Assembly (NCBI GenBank): GCA_020341815.1
Contig: CP070837.1
Location: 1,044,575 to 1,108,574 of the forward strand
DNA: 64,000 bases
From: Candidatus Omnitrophota bacterium
GTDB lineage: Bacteria; Omnitrophota; Gorgyraeia; JAFGHF01
Direction of reading: 5' to 3'
Positions 53,408-61,988 of this stretch are shown in pieces. A program made the position numbers and the translations under genes. Within the stretch, counting starts at the first letter, position 1; every line of letters starts with the position of its first letter. The notes below the pieces were generated by a model, which was given only the letters and a program-made list of their open reading frames with translations, was not told where the DNA came from and ran no database searches.

Positions 53408-53610
53408 TTTCTGTATTCAGCCTCGTTTTTTTCATGTATTCCCCTTTACAACCCTCTCAAAAGCATTTATAATAGTAAGCCAACTAGACGCTAAATGCTA
53501 GCAAAAGGGCTTATTTTACCGGTCCAAGAAGTATTTAATACTTGAAAACAGAGCTTTTTCAGGAGTATAATATATAGCTGTCGAATGTCTATATAAAGCT
53601 GGAGAAATGT

Positions 53611-54669
53611 ATGCCTTGCAATTTTAGCGTTATTGATTTATTTTCTGGATGTGGCGGACTGTCGTACGGCTTTGTTAGGTCGGGGTATAATGTCTTGCTG
53701 GGTATAGATAATGATCCGGTAGCCCTCAAAACTTTCAAGCTCAACCATTCCGGATCGGATACTATAATAGCTGATATTGCAGGCATTTCCGGACAGGATA
53801 TCCTGAAAGCTGTGGGCAGAAGACAAATAGACGTTGTTATAGGCGGACCGCCATGTCAGGGATTTTCGCTTTCTGGCCCCAGAAAATTTAGTGATCCCAG
53901 AAACAAATTATACCTTTCTTTTATAAGGCTGGTTAAAGAACTGAAGCCTAGGGCATTTCTGATTGAGAATGTTCCCGGCATTATGAGTCTCTACAAAGGA
54001 CAGATAAAAGACGAAATTATTGGCAGATTTTCGAAAATGGGTTATAAAGTGAGTTGCAGTAAGCTGAATTCGGCAGACTACGGCGTTCCCCAACTGAGAA
54101 ACAGGGTTTTTTTTGTGGGAATATATAAGGCGAAAGAGTACTTTAAGTTCCCCCCTCCAGTGTTAAATAAAGAATGTTATATTGTTGCCGAAGAAGCCAT
54201 CGGCGATCTGCCAGGTTTGGAGGATCGTATCGGCACAGATCCAGCCCCTTATCCCGGAAACGGCGAACTCACGAGATATCAGAAATATATGAGGCAAGGT
54301 TCTCAGTATATACATAATCATATCGGAACGCGCCATGCCGAAATGACAAAGCGCGTTATATCTCTCGTTCCGGAAGGATGTAATTATAAAAGTCTGCCGC
54401 CGGAATATGCCAATACCAGAAATTTTCATGTTGCATGGACAAGGTTCCACAGCAAAAAGCCGGCACCGACCGTTGACACTGGCCATAGACACCACTTCCA
54501 TTATTTATATGACAGGGTTCCTACTGTCAGAGAATGCGCAAGGCTGCAATCTTTTCCGGACATTTTTATTTTCATCGGAAATAAATCACAACAATATTCC
54601 CAGGCAGGAAATGCAGTTCCTCCATTCACGGCACAAGCTATTGCGGAAGAAATGAGGCATTATTTATGA
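53611..54669 (+). CDS. DNA cytosine-5 methyltransferase (M1)
   Basis: DLFSGCGG, GGPPCQGFS, ENV, QLR.R, RLQSFPD, GNAVPP. Confidence 0.96.
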   Translation: MPCNFSVIDLFSGCGGLSYGFVRSGYNVLLGIDNDPVALKTFKLNHSGSDTIIADIAGISGQDILKAVGRRQIDVVIGGPPCQGFSLSGPRKFSDPRNKLYLSFIRLVKELKPRAFLIENVPGIMSLYKGQIKDEIIGRFSKMGYKVSCSKLNSADYGVPQLRNRVFFVGIYKAKEYFKFPPPVLNKECYIVAEEAIGDLPGLEDRIGTDPAPYPGNGELTRYQKYMRQGSQYIHNHIGTRHAEMTKRVISLVPEGCNYKSLPPEYANTRNFHVAWTRFHSKKPAPTVDTGHRHHFHYLYDRVPTVRECARLQSFPDIFIFIGNKSQQYSQAGNAVPPFTAQAIAEEMRHYL

Positions 54670-56081
54670 GATACCAGATACCAGAAGAATATTATTGTAG
54701 GTTGCACCACATACGTCCGAGGTTTAAAAATAATATAGAAAATGTTCTTATTTATATGGCTACCGAGATATCTAAAATTCGAAGAAAGAGCAAAAGAGAA
54801 TTCGATAAAGAAGTTAATAAAGCAATTAAAAAATTCCCAGGGAATGCAACGAAAAAGATTAAGACAATCAACAATTGGCGCACAGAAATCTCCTCTCTGT
54901 TTGGTTTTATCCGCACCAGCAGATCAAAAGATAAGTCGTGGCCAGCACTGAGGGCGACAGAGCTGGCGGATAAACAGGATTTGGTGCATTCGTTCAAGCT
55001 TTTTCTGTACCATTTTCAGTATCCCGGAGGACATCTCAAGCCTCACGAAAATGCTGAAGTTATCAGGCAAGGTATCAAATTCAGACCGGCACCTTTTATT
55101 TTGAAATTACTGCATAGCGCTGAAAAAAATGAAAAGACCAGGAAAGGTATCACCAAGCCCGAGCTGACCCACTGTGTTTTCAATGACCTGAGAGTCACGC
55201 GTGACGGGGAAGGTCCGGAATCCGTATGGGAGCGCATTAAAGAAAACAGGAAGAAAAAGGTTCAATATGACTGCAGGGGGGATGTTATACGTTATGCCGG
55301 AGATATTCTCGACTATATGGTAACGGCTAACTTACTTACTCCCCACGGGCAGAAATATTTTATAAATACCCTGGAGAAAAACGCGGTGCAGAAATTTATG
55401 GAGTCAAAAGATTGGTTTAGCAAGTATGACCGTTATATAGATAAAAGAAATGTTACCTTAGCGCAGATAAATAGTCTTCAGGAAGCATGGTTTGAATATG
55501 TAAATATGCCCAGGGAAGAGATATTCGAAACGGATGCTTTGGCTTTTATCGCCAGAGACGAGACAGAATATGCGAAGTTGCGAAAACAGATCGTAAGCAG
55601 TTTTATGGAAAAGCTCGAAGAGCCTAGTGAAATTGGCACGAAGGAAATAGGGGATGTGGGCGAAAATCTTGTGCACGGGCACGAATGTATGAGGATTAAA
55701 TTGCGCGAGCGTACAGACTTAATACATCTTATTCGGTGCATACCGGATCATCTCGCTGCCGGTTACGATATCAGATCTGTCGAGGCAGATGCTACATACA
55801 GATATATAGAGGTTAAAACTACCATAAGCAACAGCGAAATTGATTTTACCAGAATTCATCTGACGCCTGTGGAATGGACTGCGGCAGACACTCTTAAAAG
55901 CAGATACTTTGTCTACAGACTGCTCTTAAGCAAGAGGTCAAGAAAATTATTTCTGCTTCGCGATCCGGTGGGCCAGTACAAACAAGAAAAACTATCAATG
56001 ACGCCGCGCAACGGGGCAGATATTGTTTTCAGCCCTGCAAGATGCGGTGAATATACGGAGCTTCTGGAGTGGAGAGATTAA
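54666..56081 (+). CDS. Restriction endonuclease, BpuJI-like with C-terminal DUF3883 nuclease
   Basis: C-terminal G..GE...GYDI.S......IEVKTT; lies between two C5 MTases; BpuJI similarity is recalled, not computed. Confidence 0.75.
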   Translation: MRYQIPEEYYCRLHHIRPRFKNNIENVLIYMATEISKIRRKSKREFDKEVNKAIKKFPGNATKKIKTINNWRTEISSLFGFIRTSRSKDKSWPALRATELADKQDLVHSFKLFLYHFQYPGGHLKPHENAEVIRQGIKFRPAPFILKLLHSAEKNEKTRKGITKPELTHCVFNDLRVTRDGEGPESVWERIKENRKKKVQYDCRGDVIRYAGDILDYMVTANLLTPHGQKYFINTLEKNAVQKFMESKDWFSKYDRYIDKRNVTLAQINSLQEAWFEYVNMPREEIFETDALAFIARDETEYAKLRKQIVSSFMEKLEEPSEIGTKEIGDVGENLVHGHECMRIKLRERTDLIHLIRCIPDHLAAGYDIRSVEADATYRYIEVKTTISNSEIDFTRIHLTPVEWTAADTLKSRYFVYRLLLSKRSRKLFLLRDPVGQYKQEKLSMTPRNGADIVFSPARCGEYTELLEWRD

Positions 56082-57484
56082 GAATAGCTTCGCTTTTCTG
56101 TGGTTGCGGCGGCACGGACGCGGGAATGCTCGGGGGGTTTACTTTCCTCGGCAGTAAATATGAAAAGCATCCTGTACAAATCGTTTACGCGAACGACATA
56201 GATGCCTCCGCAGCCAGAATATACGATGCAAATTTTAAACACAAATGCCTGGTGAAAGATATCCGGAAGATAAAAGCAGCAGAAATACCGGATCATGACA
56301 TATTGGCCGGCGGATTTCCCTGCCAGTCGTTTTCCATAGTTGCGCAGAATCCGCCTCGTCTGGGATATAGAGATGAAAACGGCCGGTTATTCTTTGAAAT
56401 GTGTAGGATTTTGCGTAATAAAAAACCGTTAGCCTTTGTTGCCGAAAACGTCAAAGGTATTTTATCGGCAAACAATAAACATGCTTTTCCTCTTATAATA
56501 AAAGAGTTTGAAAAATGTGGATACATAGTTTCCTGGTGTCTCCTGAACGCGGCTAATTATGGCATTCCGCAGCGAAGGGAACGTGTTTTTATTGTCGGAA
56601 TAAGAAAAAATATAGGCAGGAAGTTTTATCCTCCGGATTCTACCCACAGGCCGGAAAGCGATCTCTTGGCCGAAAGAAAATGGGTATCATTAAAAAGAGT
56701 TGTCTTTCCGCATGCCAAGGTGCCGAAGAAATATTTTTTTTCCGACAGGGCGCATAAGGGTCTTCATAATTCCAATCCCGCAATGAATAAAGGCCGGGCG
56801 CAGGATCCCGAGAAAGTTTGTAATACTGTGGGAGCGCACCTTGCTAAAGTCAGCCTTAACAGCACGGATCCCGTTTTAAAGATAAATGGTCGTTTCAGGC
56901 GCTTCGCGCCCAGAGAAGTGGCCAGAATTCAGTCTTTCCCTGATACTTTCAGGCTGCCGGGACCGGACACGGCTAAATACAAGGCTCTGGGGAACGCAAT
57001 TCCGCCGGTGTTGATGTGGCATATGACAGAAAGACTGCTCGAGATATTGGTTAAAGGTCCGGCCGAAGATGCAAGGACCGGCCGGGAAAAAAGAAGCTAT
57101 AATATGGCGCGAATTTGTTCAAAAAACACATTAATAGAACGTATTCTTGATGAAGCATTAAAGTCCTTAGGCTTGGAATATAAAAGAAATGTCAAAGGGC
57201 TTCCCGGAAAACCAGATATAGTTTTTGAGAAAAATCGTCTGGCGGTTTTCTGTGACAGCACGTTTTGGCACGGCAGACATTATCCCGAATGCGTAGAACG
57301 GATTAACACAAATAAAAGTTTCTGGAAAAACAAGATATTGAGAAACATGGAACGAGATAAAAAGACAACCAAAGAATTAAGATATCTAGGCTGGAAAGTG
57401 CTTCGTTTTTGGGATACCGATATAGAGAACAGAATGCAAGCCGTGATAGGAAAAATAGAAAAAATATTGGGTGCCCAGAAATGA
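56069..57484 (+). CDS. DNA cytosine-5 methyltransferase (M2) fused to Vsr endonuclease
   Basis: SLFCGCGG, GFPCQSFS, ENVKG, GNAIPP, then RSYNMARI.SKNT, LPGKPDIV, FWHG, GW.VLRFW. Confidence 0.92.
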   Translation: MERLRIASLFCGCGGTDAGMLGGFTFLGSKYEKHPVQIVYANDIDASAARIYDANFKHKCLVKDIRKIKAAEIPDHDILAGGFPCQSFSIVAQNPPRLGYRDENGRLFFEMCRILRNKKPLAFVAENVKGILSANNKHAFPLIIKEFEKCGYIVSWCLLNAANYGIPQRRERVFIVGIRKNIGRKFYPPDSTHRPESDLLAERKWVSLKRVVFPHAKVPKKYFFSDRAHKGLHNSNPAMNKGRAQDPEKVCNTVGAHLAKVSLNSTDPVLKINGRFRRFAPREVARIQSFPDTFRLPGPDTAKYKALGNAIPPVLMWHMTERLLEILVKGPAEDARTGREKRSYNMARICSKNTLIERILDEALKSLGLEYKRNVKGLPGKPDIVFEKNRLAVFCDSTFWHGRHYPECVERINTNKSFWKNKILRNMERDKKTTKELRYLGWKVLRFWDTDIENRMQAVIGKIEKILGAQK

Positions 57485-57999
57485 TATATGAAAGCCGCAC
57501 ACTAGGAGAGTCGCCATTTGATTTTGATATTAGCTGGCCCTTTCCGGAAGGACAGAGAAAGTTGCTTGAAGCAGCCGTAACTAAAATAAAAATAGAATCA
57601 GCATCCCAAATTGATAAATTTGAAGAATCTTTCAATGAGGAGATTGCGCAGCATGGTTATATGTGGGACAAGAAAGATAAAAGCACATGTTCTCTCTGGC
57701 GGCCCGATTTCAGAATGTCTGTTGATTTCTATAACGCAAAGGAAAAAATTGCAGTTGAAATTGAAAAGACAGAGGTTAAAAGAATTATCCACGACGTATT
57801 AAAGCTAGTGAACGGCTCCTTAACCTTTGTGCCCAAAGTGAGATATGGAGTAATTATTCATCCGCACACATATAAACGCACATCAGGTAAAGAGAGTGTA
57901 TTTGCATCACGGGTTGTAAGCGAAGTTTCCTTCTATTTCAGGCGTTTGATCGGAAACACCTTATTAAATGATGTTCTTTTTATAGTTTATAATTTTTGA
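57481..57999 (+). CDS. PD-(D/E)XK nuclease-like protein (BglII/BstYI-like)
   Basis: VDFY....IAVEIE......HDVLKL; ATGA overlap with M2-Vsr. Confidence 0.6.
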   Translation: MIYESRTLGESPFDFDISWPFPEGQRKLLEAAVTKIKIESASQIDKFEESFNEEIAQHGYMWDKKDKSTCSLWRPDFRMSVDFYNAKEKIAVEIEKTEVKRIIHDVLKLVNGSLTFVPKVRYGVIIHPHTYKRTSGKESVFASRVVSEVSFYFRRLIGNTLLNDVLFIVYNF

Positions 58000-58148
58000 G
58001 CTGGTTTAAGGTTTTTCTTCGTCGGTAGAGTTTTCATGTTTCTTTGACTCGAATTCCCCGATAGAAAAGTGTTATGTTCCCAGAATTGCTGCACTTTATC
58101 TAGACGGCAAGAGGAAAACTTGGTTGTATAGGAATAAAGGCAAATATC

Positions 58149-58436
58149 TTGATTGGACGCGATTTTGGAATAACTTCTCGTTTTTTAATTAGAGGATTGA
58201 ATATAAAGAAGCTCCTGGCTCTGGCAATTCTAATCTGCCTAATATCCCTAACTGTTTTTGGCCAAGAAAAGAATTACCAAATGAAAACAGGCATATTAAA
58301 GACTTATGGAGAACCATTTTGGAAAGGCGAAGGCAAGCAGCGAGAAGTTTGGTATTACCCACGCCAAAGAATGTTTATTTATTTTGAAGGAGATAGAGCT
58401 ATTGAGATTGATGTAATTGCAGGGGAGAAGACATAA
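58149..58436 (+). CDS. Small exported protein (SmpA/OmlA-like), start uncertain
   Basis: KKLLALAILICL signal; YGEP...EVWYY...IYF. Confidence 0.5.
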   Translation: MIGRDFGITSRFLIRGLNIKKLLALAILICLISLTVFGQEKNYQMKTGILKTYGEPFWKGEGKQREVWYYPRQRMFIYFEGDRAIEIDVIAGEKT

Positions 58437-58439
58437 CGA

Positions 58440-59099
58440 ATGGAAATAATAAAACAAACATATTGTGCGGTTTTAAATAGCTTAAACCAAAATGCTAAAG
58501 ATAACTTTGATTATTTTTGTTCTGAAATTCAAAGAGTTGCAAACGAATATGGGATAGCGAATAAAGTCACTAAACTTGAACTTATCTGCAAAGGGAACCT
58601 TTATCGAAATATAGCAATAAGCTCCGGAAGAGTAAATATAAAAAATAATAATGATAAAACCTACAACTTCTGGGCTTCCTGTTCATTGTTTGTTACTAGG
58701 AAAGAAAGAATTACTGCAATAGTGCAACATGAATTGATGCATATTAAAGATATGGAGGATAAAGAATTTAAATTTGATAAAGAACTGTGGGACGGGTTGC
58801 TTGAAGACAAAATAATAGCCACATCGATTAGGCATATTTGGGACATCTATATAGATTCACGGATTGCGAGAACGAGTAAAATTGGTATTTCTAAACAAGA
58901 TAGGCTCGATGGGATCCTGCGTCTCGCTTTAAATAAGAATTTTCAATTAAGACATTGCATTTGGGAAATTGAAGATGATTTTGATTATCTTTGGAATATT
59001 GAGAAAATAGATTTTCCGACTATCATTGATAAAGCTAAAGAATTAAAAGAGAAAGTAGCGAATAAAGGTATGGCCCACCCGTCCGAAGAAACTTTATGA
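58440..59099 (+). CDS. HEXXH zinc-metallopeptidase-like protein
   Basis: IVQHELMHIKD. Confidence 0.6.
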   Translation: MEIIKQTYCAVLNSLNQNAKDNFDYFCSEIQRVANEYGIANKVTKLELICKGNLYRNIAISSGRVNIKNNNDKTYNFWASCSLFVTRKERITAIVQHELMHIKDMEDKEFKFDKELWDGLLEDKIIATSIRHIWDIYIDSRIARTSKIGISKQDRLDGILRLALNKNFQLRHCIWEIEDDFDYLWNIEKIDFPTIIDKAKELKEKVANKGMAHPSEETL

Positions 59100-59328
59100 A
59101 ACTCAACGCTAAAGTAAAGATCTGGATGATCTTAGCCCCTTTGTGATAATGGCGACAATAGCCACAAAGGCTTTTTGCTATCCAGCAGAGGTTGAGGATA
59201 TGAGCGGAGAAAAATGCGTAGGATAATCTTTCGCCATAGTGGCCAAAAAATGCTATCCCTATGCAAAGGGGATAATGGATAAATAGCAGTTATTCTCATT
59301 TTTATAAAGTTTATGGAGTAAAAGGAAG

Positions 59329-59889
59329 ATGATTGACAGAAGTTTTGTTGATTATTGGAGCGAAAGATACGATAAGAATGCTCTGAAGAGAGATAAAAAG
59401 CTAGAGAAGAGAATTAGAGGAAAACTAAAGAAACTTTTTCCCGATGGGAAGGTAAAATACATTTTGAAAGACACGTTATTCGACATCGTTAACTGGAAAG
59501 CTCCGAGAAAGAAAAAATTAGCCAAAGATAATAAAAAAGAATATGTCTTTGAATTAACCAAGGCAAATTTTAAGGGGCATAGAGAACAGCTAAAGATAGA
59601 GGGACTAACATTACTGAAGGGTGTTGAGTATCGGGTTGCGAGTGCAATTCTTCATTTCTGTTTTCCCAAAAAATATACCGTAATGGACTATCGGACTTGG
59701 GAGTGTTTACAGAAAGAAAAAGAACTTCCTAAGGATTGCAACATTAAAGATGATTTTGAGCATTGGCAGAAATATTTAAAAATCTGTAGAAAAATAGCCA
59801 AAAGATGTAATGTCCCATTAAGAAAACTTGATAAGGCACTCTGGCAATACCATAAGGAATTGGAATGTAAAAAGAAGCTCAGGAAATGA
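59329..59889 (+). CDS. HhH-GPD-superfamily DNA glycosylase-like protein
   Basis: NWK..R, L..LKGV....ASAILH...P..Y.VMD.R, R.LDKALW. Confidence 0.65.
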   Translation: MIDRSFVDYWSERYDKNALKRDKKLEKRIRGKLKKLFPDGKVKYILKDTLFDIVNWKAPRKKKLAKDNKKEYVFELTKANFKGHREQLKIEGLTLLKGVEYRVASAILHFCFPKKYTVMDYRTWECLQKEKELPKDCNIKDDFEHWQKYLKICRKIAKRCNVPLRKLDKALWQYHKELECKKKLRK

Positions 59890-59963
59890 TAGCAGGGAGA
59901 AAAAATAAATCCGCCCCCCTGCTTTTTACTATTTCTATAACTTATTGAAGATAGTCCATACTA

Positions 59964-61130
59964 TCATTCTGGCCAAGCACTTAATTTCTGGTTGCCATGG
60001 AAAGAAAATAACTGAACATGACCACAATAGCCGCAGGTAAAGATTTTCATTGAATGAGTTCCAACGTATTTGAAGCCAAACTGCATCATGTCATTTGGGT
60101 CGCGATCAGCAATTAGTTTGTATTTACCAATCCCGCAAACTCTACATAATCGTTCAATATCGGGATCAAGCCGATCAGCACCCTCATCAATAATAGATAA
60201 GGTATTATCCACTTCTGCGAGAAGTTCGGAGGCATCCCTAAGGCAGTTTTTTTCATCTTCTACTATACATTTTTTAAGAAGTGAATTAGCCAATCGCATT
60301 AAACGACTGCTTGGGAACTTCTTTTCTAGATTAAAGTCCGGTCTATCAAAATACCAGAGAGGAAGAATAGGTGTGTCTGAAACCATTGCCCATAAGACCT
60401 TCCCCAAACAAAATACATCAAATGATGGTTTTACATCTTCTATCCGCATCCCTATTGCCCAACCGGGCATCCAATCCCGACTTCCTACATTCTCCCAGGT
60501 GCCAGAGATTCTGGTATGTCTTTGGTCTGTAAAGAATATCAGCCCAAAATCTCCAAGAATTAAATTATCGCTGGAATCAAGAAAAATATTTTGAGGCTTA
60601 ATATCTCTATGTACATTATTTTTTTCATGTAATTTGGCAATACCTTCCACAAGTGGCCTAAATGCTCTAAGGGCTTTAGCAAAATCACCGGTAAATTTAT
60701 TTAAATGTTTAGCCATCGTTTCTTTTGGGTAAAATTGAGACACAAACCATTTTGAATCTGGATCAGCATCTATAATTTTTAAAAGATTGGGATGTGAAAT
60801 GTTAGACATCGCTTTAATTTCACGCTCAATTCTTTTTTCGGCTAATCCGGCATTTCTTGCGTCTTGGGGACTATGCAATACTTTTAAAGCGCCGTGGTTT
60901 GAAGGATCTTCCATTTTAACAAGATGGACTATAGCATCCTTGAATAATTCAAATTGATTCTTCTTGATATCTTCTATTGCAACCACAGGCCCCATATATT
61001 TAACTGCTTTTTCAATGTTTGTCCGAATTTTGGTTATATTAAATTTATCGTTATCAATAACGCGATAAACCTTTCCTTGCCCGCCCTCTCCTTTATGCTC
61101 AATAATACGCCATCGGTTTGAATATTCCAT
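59964..61130 (-). CDS. Ser/Thr protein kinase with C-terminal Zn ribbon
   Basis: GEGGQG.V, ALK, HRDIKPQN, DFG, DVFCLG; CxxC...CxxC. Confidence 0.92.
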   Translation of the reverse strand: MEYSNRWRIIEHKGEGGQGKVYRVIDNDKFNITKIRTNIEKAVKYMGPVVAIEDIKKNQFELFKDAIVHLVKMEDPSNHGALKVLHSPQDARNAGLAEKRIEREIKAMSNISHPNLLKIIDADPDSKWFVSQFYPKETMAKHLNKFTGDFAKALRAFRPLVEGIAKLHEKNNVHRDIKPQNIFLDSSDNLILGDFGLIFFTDQRHTRISGTWENVGSRDWMPGWAIGMRIEDVKPSFDVFCLGKVLWAMVSDTPILPLWYFDRPDFNLEKKFPSSRLMRLANSLLKKCIVEDEKNCLRDASELLAEVDNTLSIIDEGADRLDPDIERLCRVCGIGKYKLIADRDPNDMMQFGFKYVGTHSMKIFTCGYCGHVQLFSFHGNQKLSAWPE

Positions 61131-61214
61131 TTAAGACCTCCTGCTTTAGGTTTCTAGGCTTCTTCTGCCTTTCTTGAGGTTTGAGAAGCAGTTATTTTAC
61201 AACTTCCGTTACTA

Positions 61215-61311
61215 ATTATAATCCTTAAAACAATGGATCTCAAGCAAAATCTGCCCAGAGAGAAAATTTTTTAAAATTTCTCTTGACAGATGCCCAAGCA
61301 TATGCTATTAT
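61215..61311. promoter_or_regulatory. Back-to-back promoters for the kinase and XRE genes
   Basis: Minus TTGAGA-17-TATAAT (61215-61243); plus TTGACA-17-TATTAT with TG (61283-61311). Confidence 0.75.
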
Positions 61312-61318
61312 TAAAACG

Positions 61319-61498
61319 ATGACAGAAAAGGAGATTCTTGCAAAGATAGAAGATTACATGAGGAAGAATAATCTCCGGCAGTACGAATTGGCAAAAAAGT
61401 TAGGCGTTCCAGAGTCGACACTTAATAGGTGGCTTAAAGAGAAAACAAATATCTCAAATGCCTACCTGGCCATTTTAAAAAGAGAAGGGATTATTTAA
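61319..61498 (+). CDS. XRE-family HTH regulator (leaderless)
   Basis: LRQYELAKKLGVPESTLNRWL; ATG 7 nt after the -10 box. Confidence 0.85.
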   Translation: MTEKEILAKIEDYMRKNNLRQYELAKKLGVPESTLNRWLKEKTNISNAYLAILKREGII

Positions 61499-61516
61499 AA
61501 AATTTTTAAGGAAAAT

Positions 61517-61609
61517 ATTAGCATATGCCAAAGCAAGCGTTAATAGAAAAGAGAGCAAAGCAAGGCAAAGAAATTTTTTTGCCCAATAAATTAGCATATG
61601 CCAAAGCAA
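61517..61609. repeat. Two exact 20-bp direct repeats (operator-like)
   Basis: attagcatatgccaaagcaa at 61517 and 61590; inverted partial copy in the promoter spacer at 61291-61307. Confidence 0.8.
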
Positions 61610-61631
61610 ATAAAGGAAAGGAGAGAGAGCT

Positions 61632-61838
61632 ATGTCAGAGCTGGCAAGGAAGATAGGGGATAATATCCGCCATTATCGCACGGAGAAGAAGCTGACGCAG
61701 GCGCAACTGGCCAAGAAGGCCAAGTTGAGCCGCGGTTATATCTGCAGAATTGAGCATGGCAGGGTTAATATGTATTTAACGACTCTTTTTGAACTTGCCA
61801 AGGTCCTTGGGGTTAGCTGCCGGGATCTGGTTAAATAA
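61632..61838 (+). CDS. XRE-family HTH regulator (controller-protein-like)
   Basis: IGDNIR.YR....LTQ.QLA....SRGYI.RIE.G. Confidence 0.9.
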   Translation: MSELARKIGDNIRHYRTEKKLTQAQLAKKAKLSRGYICRIEHGRVNMYLTTLFELAKVLGVSCRDLVK

Positions 61839-61853
61839 AAAGGAGAGCCTGAT

Positions 61854-61988
61854 ATGGAGAGCAAAGAGAAGCCGGTCGCGGGAGAAAGGATTAATCAGTT
61901 TATTATCGAGTGCTTATTTAATAAGTACTTCGAGGAGCAGAAGGATAAAGAAGTAGTCGTCAAGAAGGAAGAAGTCGCAGCCCAATGA
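61854..61988 (+). CDS. 44-aa protein translationally coupled to the recombinase
   Basis: AAGGAG RBS; MESKEKPVAGERINQFIIECLFNKYFEEQ...; ATGA overlap. Confidence 0.6.
   Translation: MESKEKPVAGERINQFIIECLFNKYFEEQKDKEVVVKKEEVAAQ

Noticed and set aside
61283-61318. TTG-start extension of XRE1 in the ORF track
   Set aside because: The TTG is the -35 hexamer (TTGACA) of the gene's own promoter.
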